DNA of 63,245 nucleotides, the filler included, from Octopus bimaculoides (taxonomy: Eukaryota), in the NCBI RefSeq assembly GCF_001194135.2. It is 9 parts of 8 records of this genome, joined end to end, with 100 filler letters (N's around TTAATTAATTAA, not from the genome) between each part and the next. Parts side by side here need not be neighbours in the genome. Positions count along the whole stretch, not along the records: positions 8,034 to 27,928 come from NC_069005.1; 8 more parts are not named here. One strand, given 5' to 3'. Below are positions 12,539 through 24,498 of this stretch, in pieces; positions within the stretch are counted from its first letter, which is position 1; every line of letters begins with the position of its first letter. The position numbers and the translations under genes were made by a program. The notes below the pieces were generated by a model. That model worked only from the letters and a program-made list of their open reading frames with translations, had not been told where the DNA came from and ran no database searches.

Positions 12539-13789
12539 TTCTATGCATGCATGTGTGTATGTATTATGTGTGTGTGGACACGGGTCTTGAAGCGATCGAA
12601 ATTGTTGGGGATGGGACGAAATGAACAAGAAAATATTGGTGAAATTAGCAATAATCAAGAAATAACAGCCAATTAGTGGACGACAGTAATAATGACAAGG
12701 AAAATGTTTATATTTGTGCGAGTTATGTTGTTATATAACAACAAAGAAAATAATGTAACTGCAAACACACCTTAAACTAAATAACTTCAGGAAAGATTAA
12801 ATCTAAATATTTATTAATAAAATTAATAATTAGGGGATCTTCGCCAATAATTAATAATTTAATAATAACGAAGTAAAAAAATGTTTTGTTAGTTTATCTT
12901 ATATTTTCGTATAATAATAATAATAATGACAATAAAGATTGCCGCCCAGCCTAAAGCAAAAATAAAATTAAATAAAACACTAAAGTTAAATAAACAAAAA
13001 TTAATGAAATTAATTATAATTAAGGATGCGAAAGATTGTTTATCTGTAAAATTGTGCGAGTTTTGTTTGCATTCTTCTTTGCACCGGAAGTTGTTCAATG
13101 ACAGAGAAATGCAGAAGTAGGCCTCAAGATTGATAATACATTAAACCCAAACAAAGAAAATGTTTAAGAAATCTTTCACATTTTTTTTGATGTTAAAAAA
13201 AAAACTTTATTTTCTGAAACTAAATTAACTCGTTGAAAATATTATAATAATAAATTATAGGAAATATAGATATTTTCATTAAAGAATCTCTGTGTATATA
13301 ATTTTGAGAGCAAATTTGGCGCCTTGAGGTTTCGTAACTGAAACTCGACGTTTAACCCTATTATGTTGCGTAACTTCATTCAACAAGTTCTATTGTTTGG
13401 GTGGGTAGCTTTTATGACGATTTTGCTCTCGACATTAAGGAGAAAATAGCAACGTTATATTTAGAAAACAGCAAGATTTTCCTCAAATCACAACTAACTG
13501 TCTATCTAAATTTTAAAAAAAAGGAAACATTATTTCAGATATCGTCCAAAGCGCTAACTATTTTGTCAATTCAACGTTTGCAGTTCAAATGCTGCCCAAG
13601 TCAGAGAAAAATAGGACGTGATAAGTGAAGGCCGAAACATCTTTGATCAGAGATCTGCTCCATCAGAGCTAGCCTGGTCTCCAGGAGTCGACGAACAAAA
13701 GCAAAACACTCTATAGATAATTTGATTTCGTCACTTTACGTTCAGACTTCAAATCCAGCCTGGATAGTGATCGATATTGTTTGTCTTTA

Positions 13790-14085
13790 ATAATTGGCAA
13801 TCCGTCAGTTACGACGATGAGTGTTCCAGTTGATCCGATCAACGGAACAGCCTGCTCGTGAAATTAACGTGCAAGTGGCTGAGCACTCCACAGACGCGTG
13901 CCCTTAACGTAATTCTCAGGGCAGATTCAGCTCGACACAGAATGTGACAAGGCTGGCCTCTTTGAATTACAGGTACAACTCATTTTCGCTAGCTGGGTGG
14001 ACTGGAGCAACATGAAATAAAGCGTCTTGCTCAAGGACCCAACGCGCGGCTGGGGATCGAACATACAACCTTACAATCGTGAGCT
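13790..14085 (-). mobile_element. tRNA-headed SINE (family D), near full length
   Basis: Minus strand contains GTTCGATCCCC (B box) then GTCCTTGAGCAAGACGCTT and the family D body. Confidence 0.8.
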
Positions 14086-14559
14086 TAGTCTTTTTAATAC
14101 TACTGAAGTTCGATAAAATAAAGTCACGAGTCAGATGCAGGGAAGAGGGGCGGTTTAATCAACCATTTCTGCCTTTTCCTTTCTTTTCAGCTAAGATCTG
14201 TGTGGCCTTGAGAACCAAAGCCAGAAATCATTGTTCATTAATACCATTATTACCATTCCTATGTGCGAACGACCGAAGGAAACCGTCAAATAGTTGATCG
14301 ACAACCTAGAAATAGCGTTCAGTCGTCCCCAGATCCGTCAAAAAAAATAAACTGCATACATTGGATAATGCAGTCCCGGATATGCTAAAAGTGTGCGAAG
14401 GTGTGTGGCTTAATGGTTAGTGTTCGGTTCCAGGTCTCATAGACGTGAATTGAACTCACGGAGGGGACAATGCGTTGTGTCCTTAAACAAGGCACTTCAT
14501 TTCTCTCTCCACTTGTGACATACTTAATAAAAGTTGAAAAGATCGAGAAGTCGTCTATA

Positions 14560-14695
14560 TCTGCCGGACAATTACCCACCGATGGGACAATTTTCACCCG
14601 ACGACAACTACCCCCTCTCCAATATATTAAGAAACATTAAACCATCTGTTCTCAGGAGTAATTGTCCATGGGGGGTGGTAAACGTCCTAGACTCG
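14560..14695. mobile_element. Short element with subterminal inverted repeats, possibly a non-autonomous Helentron
   Basis: GGACAATTAC near the left end and its reverse complement GTAATTGTCC near the right end. Confidence 0.35.
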
Positions 14696-14756
14696 TTTTA
14701 AGAGCTAACACCATCACACACAAATATTCCGGTCGAACCAGTCCTCTGTAAATATA

Positions 14757-15265
14757 ACTAGGATTGGTACCTCACCAATTTTGATTGCTCATAACTTGCT
14801 GAAAAATGCATATTTTTAAACGATATTTTGCGGAGATATATTTACGAGGATGGAGAATGGAATTATGCTGATGAAATTTATCTTTAAAACAATTTTTGGG
14901 AGGAGTTTTGGAGAGTTCTTCCTCCTTCCCGCCTAAATTTTATTTCCATCAATTTCAGTAGCTTTTTTTTTTCAGTTTCTTCAGATTTATATCTTTGTAT
15001 CATCAACATTACGTAATCTACAGTCTCGGAAATGTAATTCTGCAAGTGTCATTTAAAAATTTGCATTTTAAAGAGAGACATGAGGAAACAATCGAAGAGT
15101 GAAAAATGATCAAAAATCCCTTTTAAAATAATTATTACATCTTTTTAATGTTATAATTGTAATCTCCACCCTCGAAAACATATCTCAGCAAAATATCATA
15201 TAAAAATATGCATTTTCCAGAAAGTTATGCAGAAGTATAACCGGTGGGGCCATAAAGTATAGATA
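14757..15265. mobile_element. MITE with long imperfect terminal inverted repeats
   Basis: 14791-14856 pairs with 15163-15228 (ATAACTT..GAAAAATGCATATTTTT..GATATTTTGC.GAGATAT..CGAGG.TGGAGA). A related family is at 59727-60240. Confidence 0.75.
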
Positions 15266-15322
15266 TGCCTATATCTATATATATCATATATATATGTATG
15301 TATCTATAAATCTCTCTCTCTG

Positions 15323-15366
<44 letters not shown>

Positions 15367-15687
15367 CGTGTCTATAATATATTTCGGTTGGTCCAGTTGT
15401 ATGTCACTCCGGAGATTCGCCAACGTTTTCGCCGGTGGAAACACAAAAGACAGTTTAAATACTAACAATAGACAAAAGCTTGCAGTAAACGAGAACTGAC
15501 ATTATTATTAATATTATTATTATTATTATAGCACCATACCATAATAATGGAATATCTATATCTATATCGTTACAGAAAGCTGAATTAATGTTAACAAAAC
15601 ACAGGCATCCACACGCAATGAAATAAACACTGTTTGTTAATTGCTTTTTTCAATTATTAAATTAAAAAATAACAAATGACATCAACA

Positions 15688-15741
<54 letters not shown>

Positions 15742-15985
15742 ACAACTCTAAATGGTAAAATATATTTATATTATACACAGATATATATAAACTAAATATA
15801 ATATATATATATTCTATATAAAATGTAATATAAAGCATTATATATGTGTATGTATGTATATATATATACATGTATATATATTTACTGAGAAAGTGAATGG
15901 TTGATGCGACAATAAAATTTTAGGGAAAACTTGAGGAATCAGTAGAAATTAAGGTAGAAAGGGAAAAAACGTGTTGAGCACTTAC

Positions 15986-16128
15986 TTGAATCACGTTGTT
16001 GTTCTTGAAATGTCTGTGGAACAGAGGAAACGGAAACGAGTAACGATTAAAGTTTGGGATGAAGACGAAAATGTTCAACGTGTGTGGGATGAATGATGTG
16101 ACGAGGAGAAACTTAAAATTAAATTCAT
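15986..16128 (-). other. Candidate spliced exon (143 nt), probably 5' UTR
   Basis: Acceptor TTTTTTCGTTTCAG| and donor CAA|GTAAGTG. An alternative internal acceptor TTCCTCTGTTCCACAG gives a 28-nt exon. One frame is open but Phe-rich and unrecognised. Confidence 0.35.
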
Positions 16129-17756
16129 CTGAAACGAAAAAAAGTCAGTTTCTGAGGCTTTGTTGAAGTCATTACGACATTATAATTGTTAATATTAGTT
16201 TAGTAATTACTTACAAAACAATTGTTAATTGGATTATAAAACTAAAACCGTATGTATGTAGTGAAACTAAGTGTTTTTAATATATTTACTAAATCGTTAT
16301 TTTTTAACAGATTTTTAGTATTAATAAAGAATATTTACGTATAGTATATTTATATTTATATTAACATGGTAATTATAAAACAATCGTTAATTGGATTGTA
16401 AAACTAAAACTTCGTATGCGGAGAAATTTGTGAATTTTTAAAAATGATATCAACTATCAATAAAAAATAATAATAATCACGTATTTATGTTAGTATTGCT
16501 ATTAATTGTTAATTATCGTTACCGAGGTGGTAAAACTTCATTACGTGTTCGGTGAAACTAAATTAGTGTTTAATATAATATTAAACTATTAATTATTTCT
16601 AAAATTTATAGTAATATCAATAAAAATAATCGCGTATATATTATATTTATATCCTTATTGTAATTAGTTATAAATATAATATAATCGTTTTTTTTTTCTT
16701 GGAGGGACGGGCGTTAAAACTTCATAAAGTATGTGTACAGTGAAACAATGGTAATATTAACCAAACTATTAATTAAAACTAATATGTTATAGTATTATTT
16801 TTTTAAAAAATCATTACGTCTTTTTATACTGGTACAATAATTAATTATAAATATGTTATTTGGGTTGTAAAACTGAAAATGTGCGTACAATGGAACTAAA
16901 TTAATGTTAAAATTAATATTAACCAAGATTTGATTGTTAATTAAATGATTGTCATTATGTTATTCTAATATTAGTATTACTGTTGTTTATATTCGAAGTC
17001 GTTATATTATATTAGAATATAACCTTTATTCGAGTGATAAAACCTTGGTTCTTTATTAAAATTTCCTATATATATCATTAAACAAAATTGTAATATTAAT
17101 TTTTTAAAAACCTAACAATTCATATTCTAACTTTCGTATTATAGTTATGATATTAAAAAAATCTTTATCTGAATAGAAAACTTCATTTAAATAAAAATGA
17201 GTTTATATATGGAGTGGCAGGTTGTCATTGTGATGCGATAAATCATATCTTCATTTTAATAATATATATATATATATANNNNNNNNNNNNNNNNNNNNNN
17301 NNNNNNNNNNNNNNNNNNNNNNNNNNNNNNNNNNNNNNNNNNNNNNNNNNNNNNNNNNNNNNNNNNNNNNNNNNNNNNNNNNNNNNNNNNNNNNNNNNNN
17401 NNNNNNNNNNNNNNNNNNNNNNNNNNNNNNNNNNNNNNNNNNNNNNNNNNNNNNNNNNNNNNNNNNNNNNNNNNNNNNNNNNNNNNNNNNNNNNNNNNNN
17501 NNNNNNNNNNNNNNNNNNNNNNNNNNNNNNNNNNNNNNNNNNNNNNNNNNNNNNNNNNNNNNNNNNNNNNNNNNNNNNNNNNNNNNNNNNNNNNNNNNNN
17601 NNNNNNNNNNNNNNNNNNNNNNNNNNNNNNNNNNNNNNNNNNNNNNNNNNNNNNNNNNNNNNNNNNNNNNNNNNNNNNNNNNNNNNNNNNNNNNNNNNNN
17701 NNNNNNNNNNNNNNNNNNNNNNNNNNNNNNNNNNNNNNNNNNNNNNNNNNNNNNNN

Positions 17757-18030
17757 ACTTTGCCTGTCATCCTTTTCGGGGTCGATGAAACAAGTACCAG
17801 TTATGCTTCTGAGTGTGTTTTGGGATGGTTTTTATGGTTGGATGCCCTTCCTAACACCAACCATTCTGTCGAGTGGACTGAGTGCTTTTTACGTGGCACT
17901 CGTACAGGTGAGGTCAAATTTTGGCGTGGTTTTTACAGCTGGATGCCCTTCTAAATGCCAACCACTTTACAGTGTGGACTGGGTGCTTTTAAAGAGGCAC
18001 CTGCACTGGCAGGGTCACCAAGAGTCTTTG
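17757..18030 (-). mobile_element. RTE-associated SINE fragments, internally repeated
   Basis: Two copies of GGATGCCCTT.CTAA.(A/G)CCAACCA..GTGGACTG.GTGCTTTT; same family as 25985, 32600, 37430, 60340 and 62295. Confidence 0.7.
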
Positions 18031-18249
18031 AGAGGGGAGGGGGCATTGGAGGAGGTGATCTTGTGTCAGATGATGAAAGATTAGAATGTGAGAGAGAGAC
18101 AGGAACAGATGTCTTGCTGTAGAGGAGGCCCATGGTTACCCAGCCAGAGATGGGGAGACAGAGAGCAAGAGTTAGCAAGAATGAGGGCAGAAACAGTTCA
18201 GCCAGAGAGGTGAGAGAGAGGAAGACAAAGAATAGATAACAGTCACTCT

Positions 18250-18635
18250 ATTACTTGTTTCAGTCATTTGACTGCGGCCATGCTGGAGCACTGCCTTTAG
18301 TCGAGAAAATAGACCCCAGGACTTGTTCTTTGTAAGCCTAGTACTTATTCTTTCGGTCTCTTCTGCCAAACCGCTAAGTTATGGGGACATAAACACACCA
18401 GCATCTCGGTTATCAAGCGATGTTGGGGGGACAAACACAGACACAAATATATACATATATATACACATATATACGACGGGCTTCTTTCAGTTTCCGTCTA
18501 CCAAATCCACTCACAAGGCTTTGGTCGGCCTGAGGCTATAGTTGAAGACACTTGCCCAACGTGCCATGCAGTGGAACTGAACCCGGAACCATGTGGTTGG
18601 TAAGCAAGCTACTTACCACACAGCCACTCCTGTGC
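18250..18635 (-). mobile_element. Full-length family B/C SINE with internal (TA/CA) microsatellite
   Basis: Head (GTGGCTGTGTGGTAAG..GGTTCAGTTCC), then GACGGAAACTGAAAGAAGCCCG, a microsatellite, and the 3' body ending GACTGAAACAAGTAA. Confidence 0.85.
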
Positions 18636-19056
18636 CTCATTGCATTTTAAAAATTTCTACTGCCGTAAATTTGACTTACAGCTGTTTCCAGTAGTCATTA
18701 TTGATTGGTTTTTCAGTCGTCTTATTAATTGGTTGAAAAAATTGAACAACCTAGAGATCAATGATTATTTTCATCACTGAGATTACAATTTTAACAGATT
18801 AAAATTTCTTGGTTTCCTACATCAAGCCTGCTGGAACTCATTACTTTTCTTTTTCTGTTCAGAGAGATTTGGCTCTGATTTCTAGCAGGTTGAATAACCA
18901 CATAGCAGGTTCCCTTAAATTTGATGGAGGAGGGAAAAGTAGTGTTTTCCTTCAGACTCTGTTATAAAAAAGGTTCAGATGCGACTTTAGTGTGCAGTTT
19001 ACTGCAGTATCCATACTCTATACTGTGAAATGATCTCATCTGGGTTAGGATTAGGG

Positions 19057-19243
19057 CGGTGGTTCCTAAACCATGGTCTGCGGACCCCTAATGGTCTGCA
19101 AAGGTAGTACTGGGGATCTGTGAACTAAATTTAAAACTTCATATGTATGTATACATAAGGATAAGCATATTAAAAGGGGTCTGTGGGAAAATTCATTTGA
19201 ATAAAAGGGATCCTTGGTAGCGAAAAGGTTGGAGTAACCACTG
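19057..19243. mobile_element. hAT-type MITE (187 bp) with 8-bp TSD
   Basis: Ends CGGTGGTTCC...AACCACTG; direct repeat GATTAGGG at 19049-19056 and 19244-19251. Confidence 0.9.
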
Positions 19244-19364
19244 GATTAGGGTGTAATGATGGGGATTAAATGAAGTTTGCATGAGTAAAATGTTATGACA
19301 ATGATTGAATGAGAAGGGGCTTTGGGAAAATGATTGAAGTAAAGCACAATTGTTTACTACAACG

Positions 19365-19640
19365 GTTAGGGCTTAGGGGTTAAGGTTTATGGTTAGAGCT
19401 TAGGTTAGTTTAGGGTTGGGATTTAGAGTAAGAGCTTAGGGTTATGGTGTAAGGTTAGATTATGGTTTAGGGTTAGAGTTCAGGGTTAGGGGTTGCAGTT
19501 TAAGGTTAGGGCTCTGGTTGAGAGTTAGTGTTAGGGTTTAGGATTAGGGTTAGGGCTTAGAGTTAGGGTGTAGGGTTAGGACTTAGGGTTAGTGTTTAGG
19601 ATTGGATTCTAGGGTTAAAGTTTAGGGTTTAGGGTTAGAT
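19365..19640 (+). repeat. Degenerate telomere-like (TTAGGG)n array
   Basis: About 275 bp of TTAGGG, TTAGAG and TTTAGGG variants. Confidence 0.85.
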
Positions 19641-20193
19641 CACACGCAATAGTGTAAATGGCCAGATAGACCACACTAAAGTGGCACCAAGGTTCAAAAC
19701 ATTTGAGAAGAAAAGAAACAAGAAACACTGACTATTATTTACATGGCTGCATATTGTGTTGCGTTTTTTAACCTCAGGTCAGTTCCAGTTGAGACTATCT
19801 CGCCATTCCAGTTCTGAACATAACCAAACAGTACATTGAGAGCTACATTATCTAATATGTCATTCCATATTTCTAGTCCCAGGTCAGCCATGATCAAGCA
19901 GTCCCGTGATGAAACATATCTCAGCTGAAATCATGAAGTGTAGCACTTTATAGCAACTTTAGAGTGGGGGTAGGAATAGTTGGGTTTTCTCCCCCCGTGG
20001 TGGTGGGCCTGACTGGCCACTTGATTTAACTCCACTAATCAAGGAGCCTCAATGCCTTCATGTAGCCTCCTATAAATAGCAGCTAAATCCCTCTTAAATT
20101 ACATTTGGCATTCCTTAAAACTGGGGGAAGGAAGGATGCATCATATAATATAACCCTGAGAAGACAAGATAATCACAACTGTATCGCCTTTAA

Positions 20194-20414
20194 TCCATTA
20201 CCATTCAGGTTATTCCATCAAATATAATGCTTATTTATTCACATTGTTTTGACTTAATCAATGTATTATCTCATAGCTTTGAGATTTTCGTGATGTGATT
20301 GTTTATTTTTAGAAGGACATTGCAAGGTAGATGTGAGTCTGGATCTGTCTGGATTGAACATAAAACAGGTAGAATATTTTGAGCTGGATCTGGCTGGTTT
20401 AAATGCTAAAATGG
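20194..20414. mobile_element. piggyBac-like MITE, degenerate full copy
   Basis: TTAA at 20190-20193 and 20415-20418; weak TIRs; internal similarity to 5328-5445 and 61328-61540. Confidence 0.55.
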
Positions 20415-21544
20415 TTAATTACAGATCTGCTCAAAGGTAGTGAGTCGGCAGAATCGTTAGCATGCTGGAAAAAATGCTTAGAGACATTTCTTCTAGCTTT
20501 ATGTCCTGAGTTCCAATTTCACCAAGGGTGACTTCACTTTTCAACCTTTTGGGGTCAATGAAATTGACCAGCCCTCTCCCCACAAATTTGAAGCCTCGAG
20601 CCAATAGCAGAAAGAATGACCGATCTGCTAAATCATCGTTGGCTAAGCAACAATATGAACAACATCAATGCTTGGGCCCCGAGTGGCTTTGGGGCTTTAG
20701 CACATCCACACAGATCAACACTTCCTTCACTAGGCCTCACACCGTACGTCAATAAACTAACTTCAAAAAGAAGGTATGTTCACTCAATGCATCTTATTGC
20801 AATGTATTTCCGGATTTCTGGAAGCCGGATAAAAAGTCTGGCGCTGTGTTAAGTATTTATGTTCATGTGTTTGTATATTTCACGTAACACCGCCGGTTGA
20901 AATAAAAAATAATCGACCGGTGTTGTGTCAAAAAATCAACCTAGCGACTCAATAAAATAAGTTCCTGATTGAAATGTAGCTGCCGTCCATTGAGTAATGC
21001 AGGACTGTTTTGTTGGATTTTTATTGTATTGTAATAAAACTGGTACTTATTTTATCGACCTCGAAAGAATGAAAGGCTAAGTCGACCCGAGCGGCATTTG
21101 AACTCAGACGAAATTCCGCTAGACATTTCGCCTGGTGTGCTAACAATTCTGCCAGCTTGTAGCCTTCGGTAGATTAATAAATATTCAACAACGTGCGTTA
21201 ATTTGAACATGTTAAATATTATTTAGCTCTTTACATTTCATGGTTGTATTTTATATTTCAAGAATATTTAGAATGGCCTCAGAAAATCGGAAAATCCAGA
21301 AATCCTGGACGTTTCCGGTCCCAAACTTGCCGGATTACTGGTCGGGTACAGTTAAGAAAATATTATCCCAGCATCAAATTAAAAATTATTCTCCTTTGTC
21401 AGAGTTGTTTCCCTTCAGTCACGTCAACTCGTTCTAAGTCTTTTTTGCCTTAAAAATATCGAAAAGAACCTGCAGTCTCAGAATGAATATTATTTGGTAT
21501 TACATAGATTATGAACACCGGAAAGAAACATTTTTGTGGTTCTT

Positions 21545-21830
21545 CAGTTCTATATTTAAGAGATGAGGAATTATGTACATTATTTACATTATTTACGTTT
21601 GACGGATATGGCGTAGTGGTTAAGAGCGCGGGCTACTAACCCCAAGATTCCGAGTTCGATTCCAGGCAGTGACGTAATAATAATAACATTGAAAAATACC
21701 TTAGGAATGAGAACCCAGGTTCGAAGTTTCCCCCAAGACAGCTGATGAAAGCTGGAGGGTATATCAGTCAAAACGTTGTGTTAACAACAAACAAGATGAG
21801 GACAAATATCTGTCAAATGTAAATAATGTA
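21545..21830 (+). mobile_element. tRNA-headed SINE with hammerhead-bearing tail and inverted 3'-end duplication
   Basis: A box TGGCGTAGTGG (21609-21619), B box GAGTTCGATTCC (21652-21663), hammerhead-like motif at 21737-21782, and 21585-21609 is the reverse complement of 21806-21830 (23/25). Confidence 0.75.
21737..21782 (+). ncRNA. Degenerate minimal type I hammerhead motif in SINE tail
   Basis: GACAG-CUGAUGA-A-AGCUG(10 nt)CAGUC-AAA-ACGU-U-GUGUU. G12 reads A, and one pair is broken in each of stems I and II. Confidence 0.55.
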
Positions 21831-22519
21831 TTTTTGTAGTTGTTCAAACTATTAATAATAGCAGNNNNNNNNNNNNNNNNNNNNNNNNNNNNNNNNNNNN
21901 NNNNNNNNNNNNNNNNNNNNNNNNNNNNNNNNNNNNNNNNNNNNNNNNNNNNNNNNNNNNNNNNNNNNNNNNNNNNNNNNNNNNNNNNNNNNNNNNNNNN
22001 NNNNNNNNNNNNNNNNNNNNNNNNNNNNNNNNNNNNNNNNNNNNNNNNNNNNNNNNNNNNNNNNNNNNNNNNNNNNNNNNNNNNNNNNNNNNNNNNNNNN
22101 NNNNNNNNNNNNNNNNNNNNNNNNNNNNNNNNNNNNNNNNNNNNNNNNNNNNNNNNNNNNNNNNNNNNNNNNNNNNNNNNNCTCGTAGGAAAAAAAAATT
22201 TCGCGACCCGCCACAGCACATTCGAATACCACCACGGCCGAAGCCGATGTAAGGGGGATAAACCCTGTCCCGCCCGCAACACGGACAATTATTTTTTGTT
22301 TACAAAACTGACCGTTACGTAATTCTTCGTGTAGTTGTAGAGATATTATGCGCCTTCTGCCATTTGAGTCTGACGTGTCGTATATTCTGCCAACCGCTTT
22401 ATAGGTGCGGAACCAACGTTCACTCTTTGACTAGCCATACCTTTTAACTTCCTAAAAAATGGAATTTCTGCTCCTCTGCCGAGGACGCTCCTTTTACCGG
22501 ATGTATGAACTACTGACGA

Positions 22520-22770
22520 TGCATGTATGGTGGATTTGATAGACGAAAACTGAAAGAAACGTGTCATGCATGCATCTCTATGTGTATGTACGGCAGATTT
22601 GGGTTTGTTTACGTCCCTATAACTTGGCGGTTCGGTAAAAGATATCCGATAGAATAAAGCACCAGGCTTTAAAAAAAAACAATACTGGAGTCGATTCGTT
22701 CGACTAAAAATTCTCCAAGGCGTTGCCCCAGCATGTCCGCCGTCTAATGCCTGAAACAAGTAAAAGATAT
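22520..22770 (+). mobile_element. Family B/C SINE, internally deleted
   Basis: GGATTTGATAGACGAAAACTGAAAGAA..TTTACGTCCCTATAACTTGGCGGTTCGG..TGAAACAAGTAAAAG. Confidence 0.75.
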
Positions 22771-22924
22771 TGGAAGGGGAATAACTTTGATAGACTTACT
22801 AAAGAGTCTATATCCCATCGCCCAGTGGCGATGTGATATTGAAAAACCCGAAATCTCCTGGGACTCCAATAATGCATTCTAGAACATCCACGAGATGTGC
22901 TTTAAAATTTAAAAATATATCTAT

Positions 22925-23210
22925 CGAAGATCAGAACTGGCGAATCAGGTTTGTCCAGGGCCAATTGGCAATTAACCACAGCATATATAGATCAGAATCG
23001 GTCTCCGAGGCCCGTGAGTTCCCCGGGAAAATCAATGCACTGAACCTTAGAGTGTTTATTTACTGACAGCTAGCCACAGCATACATAGATCAGAATCGGG
23101 CCCCAGATCCATGCGGTTCTCGGACAAATCAATGCATTGATTTCTGTGATTTTTATTTATTGTCAGCTAGCTACAACATACGTAGATCAGAATTGGGCTG
23201 CGGGGTTACA
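22925..23210 (+). repeat. Degenerate tandem repeat, about 98-bp period
   Basis: AGATCAGAA anchor at 22928, 22989, 23087 and 23184. Confidence 0.8.
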
Positions 23211-23863
23211 GGGACTTAAATGCAACAACACCAGTTGTCAAGCAGTAGTGGAACACACATATACGCGCGCACGCACGTGTGTATACGACAGGCTTCTTTC
23301 AGTTTCCGTCTACCAAATCCACTCGCGAGGCTTTTGTCGGTCTAAGGCTATAGTAGAAGACACTTGCCCAAGGTGCTACGCAGTGGGACTGAACCCAGAA
23401 CCATATGGTTGGGAAGCAAGCAAGTTTCATACCACACAACCACTTGAATTCTTTCAGTAATGCTACCCGCTTCTCGAAAACGTTGCCCATGGCTGATCTA
23501 AGACATGGGACTGAAAACACGCAAATGAGCAAATAAAACAGAAGACAAAAGAAATCTTAGAAGAACGAATGAAAGAATGGGAGAATATGTGCTCAAGATT
23601 AGAGAACGAAAATGACAATAAGAGAATTCTTAAAAGAGCTTTCCCCCTCCACCTCTAACCACCATCATTATTGACGACACGGGAACCCCTTTTTAAATTA
23701 AAAAAAAAAAATTTTTTTCGANNNNNNNNNNCTTTTTAAATTTAAAAAAAAAAATTTTTTTCGAGTGACTTGATCTGAGAACGTGTGACGAAACTAGACA
23801 ATTGCAGCGTGGAAAACACTATAGCCGATAAAGAACACATAAACACTGTTAATTTCATTTGCA

Positions 23864-24005
23864 CATTTATTATTTATTATTTAGTGTCGAAATTTTCGTC
23901 GCACGAACTACGACCTGGTCACTTGTGCTGCAGTGAGGTCTTGTCAGTGACCAAGTCGCAGTTCGTGCGACGGAAATTTCGACATTAAATAAGAAATAAT
24001 AAATG
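23864..24005. repeat. 142-bp inverted repeat (60-bp arms, 22-nt spacer)
   Basis: 23864-23923 versus 23946-24005 match at 55/60. Confidence 0.95.
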
Positions 24006-24462
24006 GGTTTTTTTTTAATGGCTTAATATGTTATAATCCACGCTGCAATCGTTAACTCTAGCATAATTATAGCAGAAAGACGGGGGTAGCCCTCTGTTCG
24101 TGAATACGAGCTGAAGAAATAGCAACAAGTATGACGTCACAAGTTGTAGCGAGTCTTCAGTGCATGGCAAGTCTTGTGTTGCCGATGTAACAATATATAT
24201 TCGCACACAATCATAGATGCAGGAAGACAAACTAATACACACACCTATGATGTATGTGTGTGCTTTTGTGTGTATGTGTGTGTGTAAATACACTGTGCAT
24301 TACATATGCATATGTTTGTGTCTGTATGTATAATTGCGTACGCAAATACGCATGCAAGCTTCCAAATATACGAGATACACAGTCGCATACATATATATAT
24401 ATACGTAAATACATACACATATACAGAGACAATGATTTACTATGTGTACTAACGTAAAAAGA

Positions 24463-24498
<36 letters not shown>

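Noticed and set aside
20616-20773. ORF ending at an AAG|GTATGT donor (plus strand)
   Set aside because: No acceptor or homology recognised, and its 5' part overlaps a SINE copy.
22191-22500. CpG-rich unique stretch after a gap
   Set aside because: Could be a transposon end or a promoter, but no partner TIR, TSD or recognisable ORF was found.
22925-23210. CRISPR interpretation of the 98-bp periodic block
   Set aside because: Eukaryotic context, the spacers are mutually similar, the repeats are not identical, and no cas genes are present.
23690-23765. Direct repeat CTTTTTAAAT..TTTTTTTCGA on both sides of a 9-N gap
   Set aside because: Typical unmerged contig overlap.
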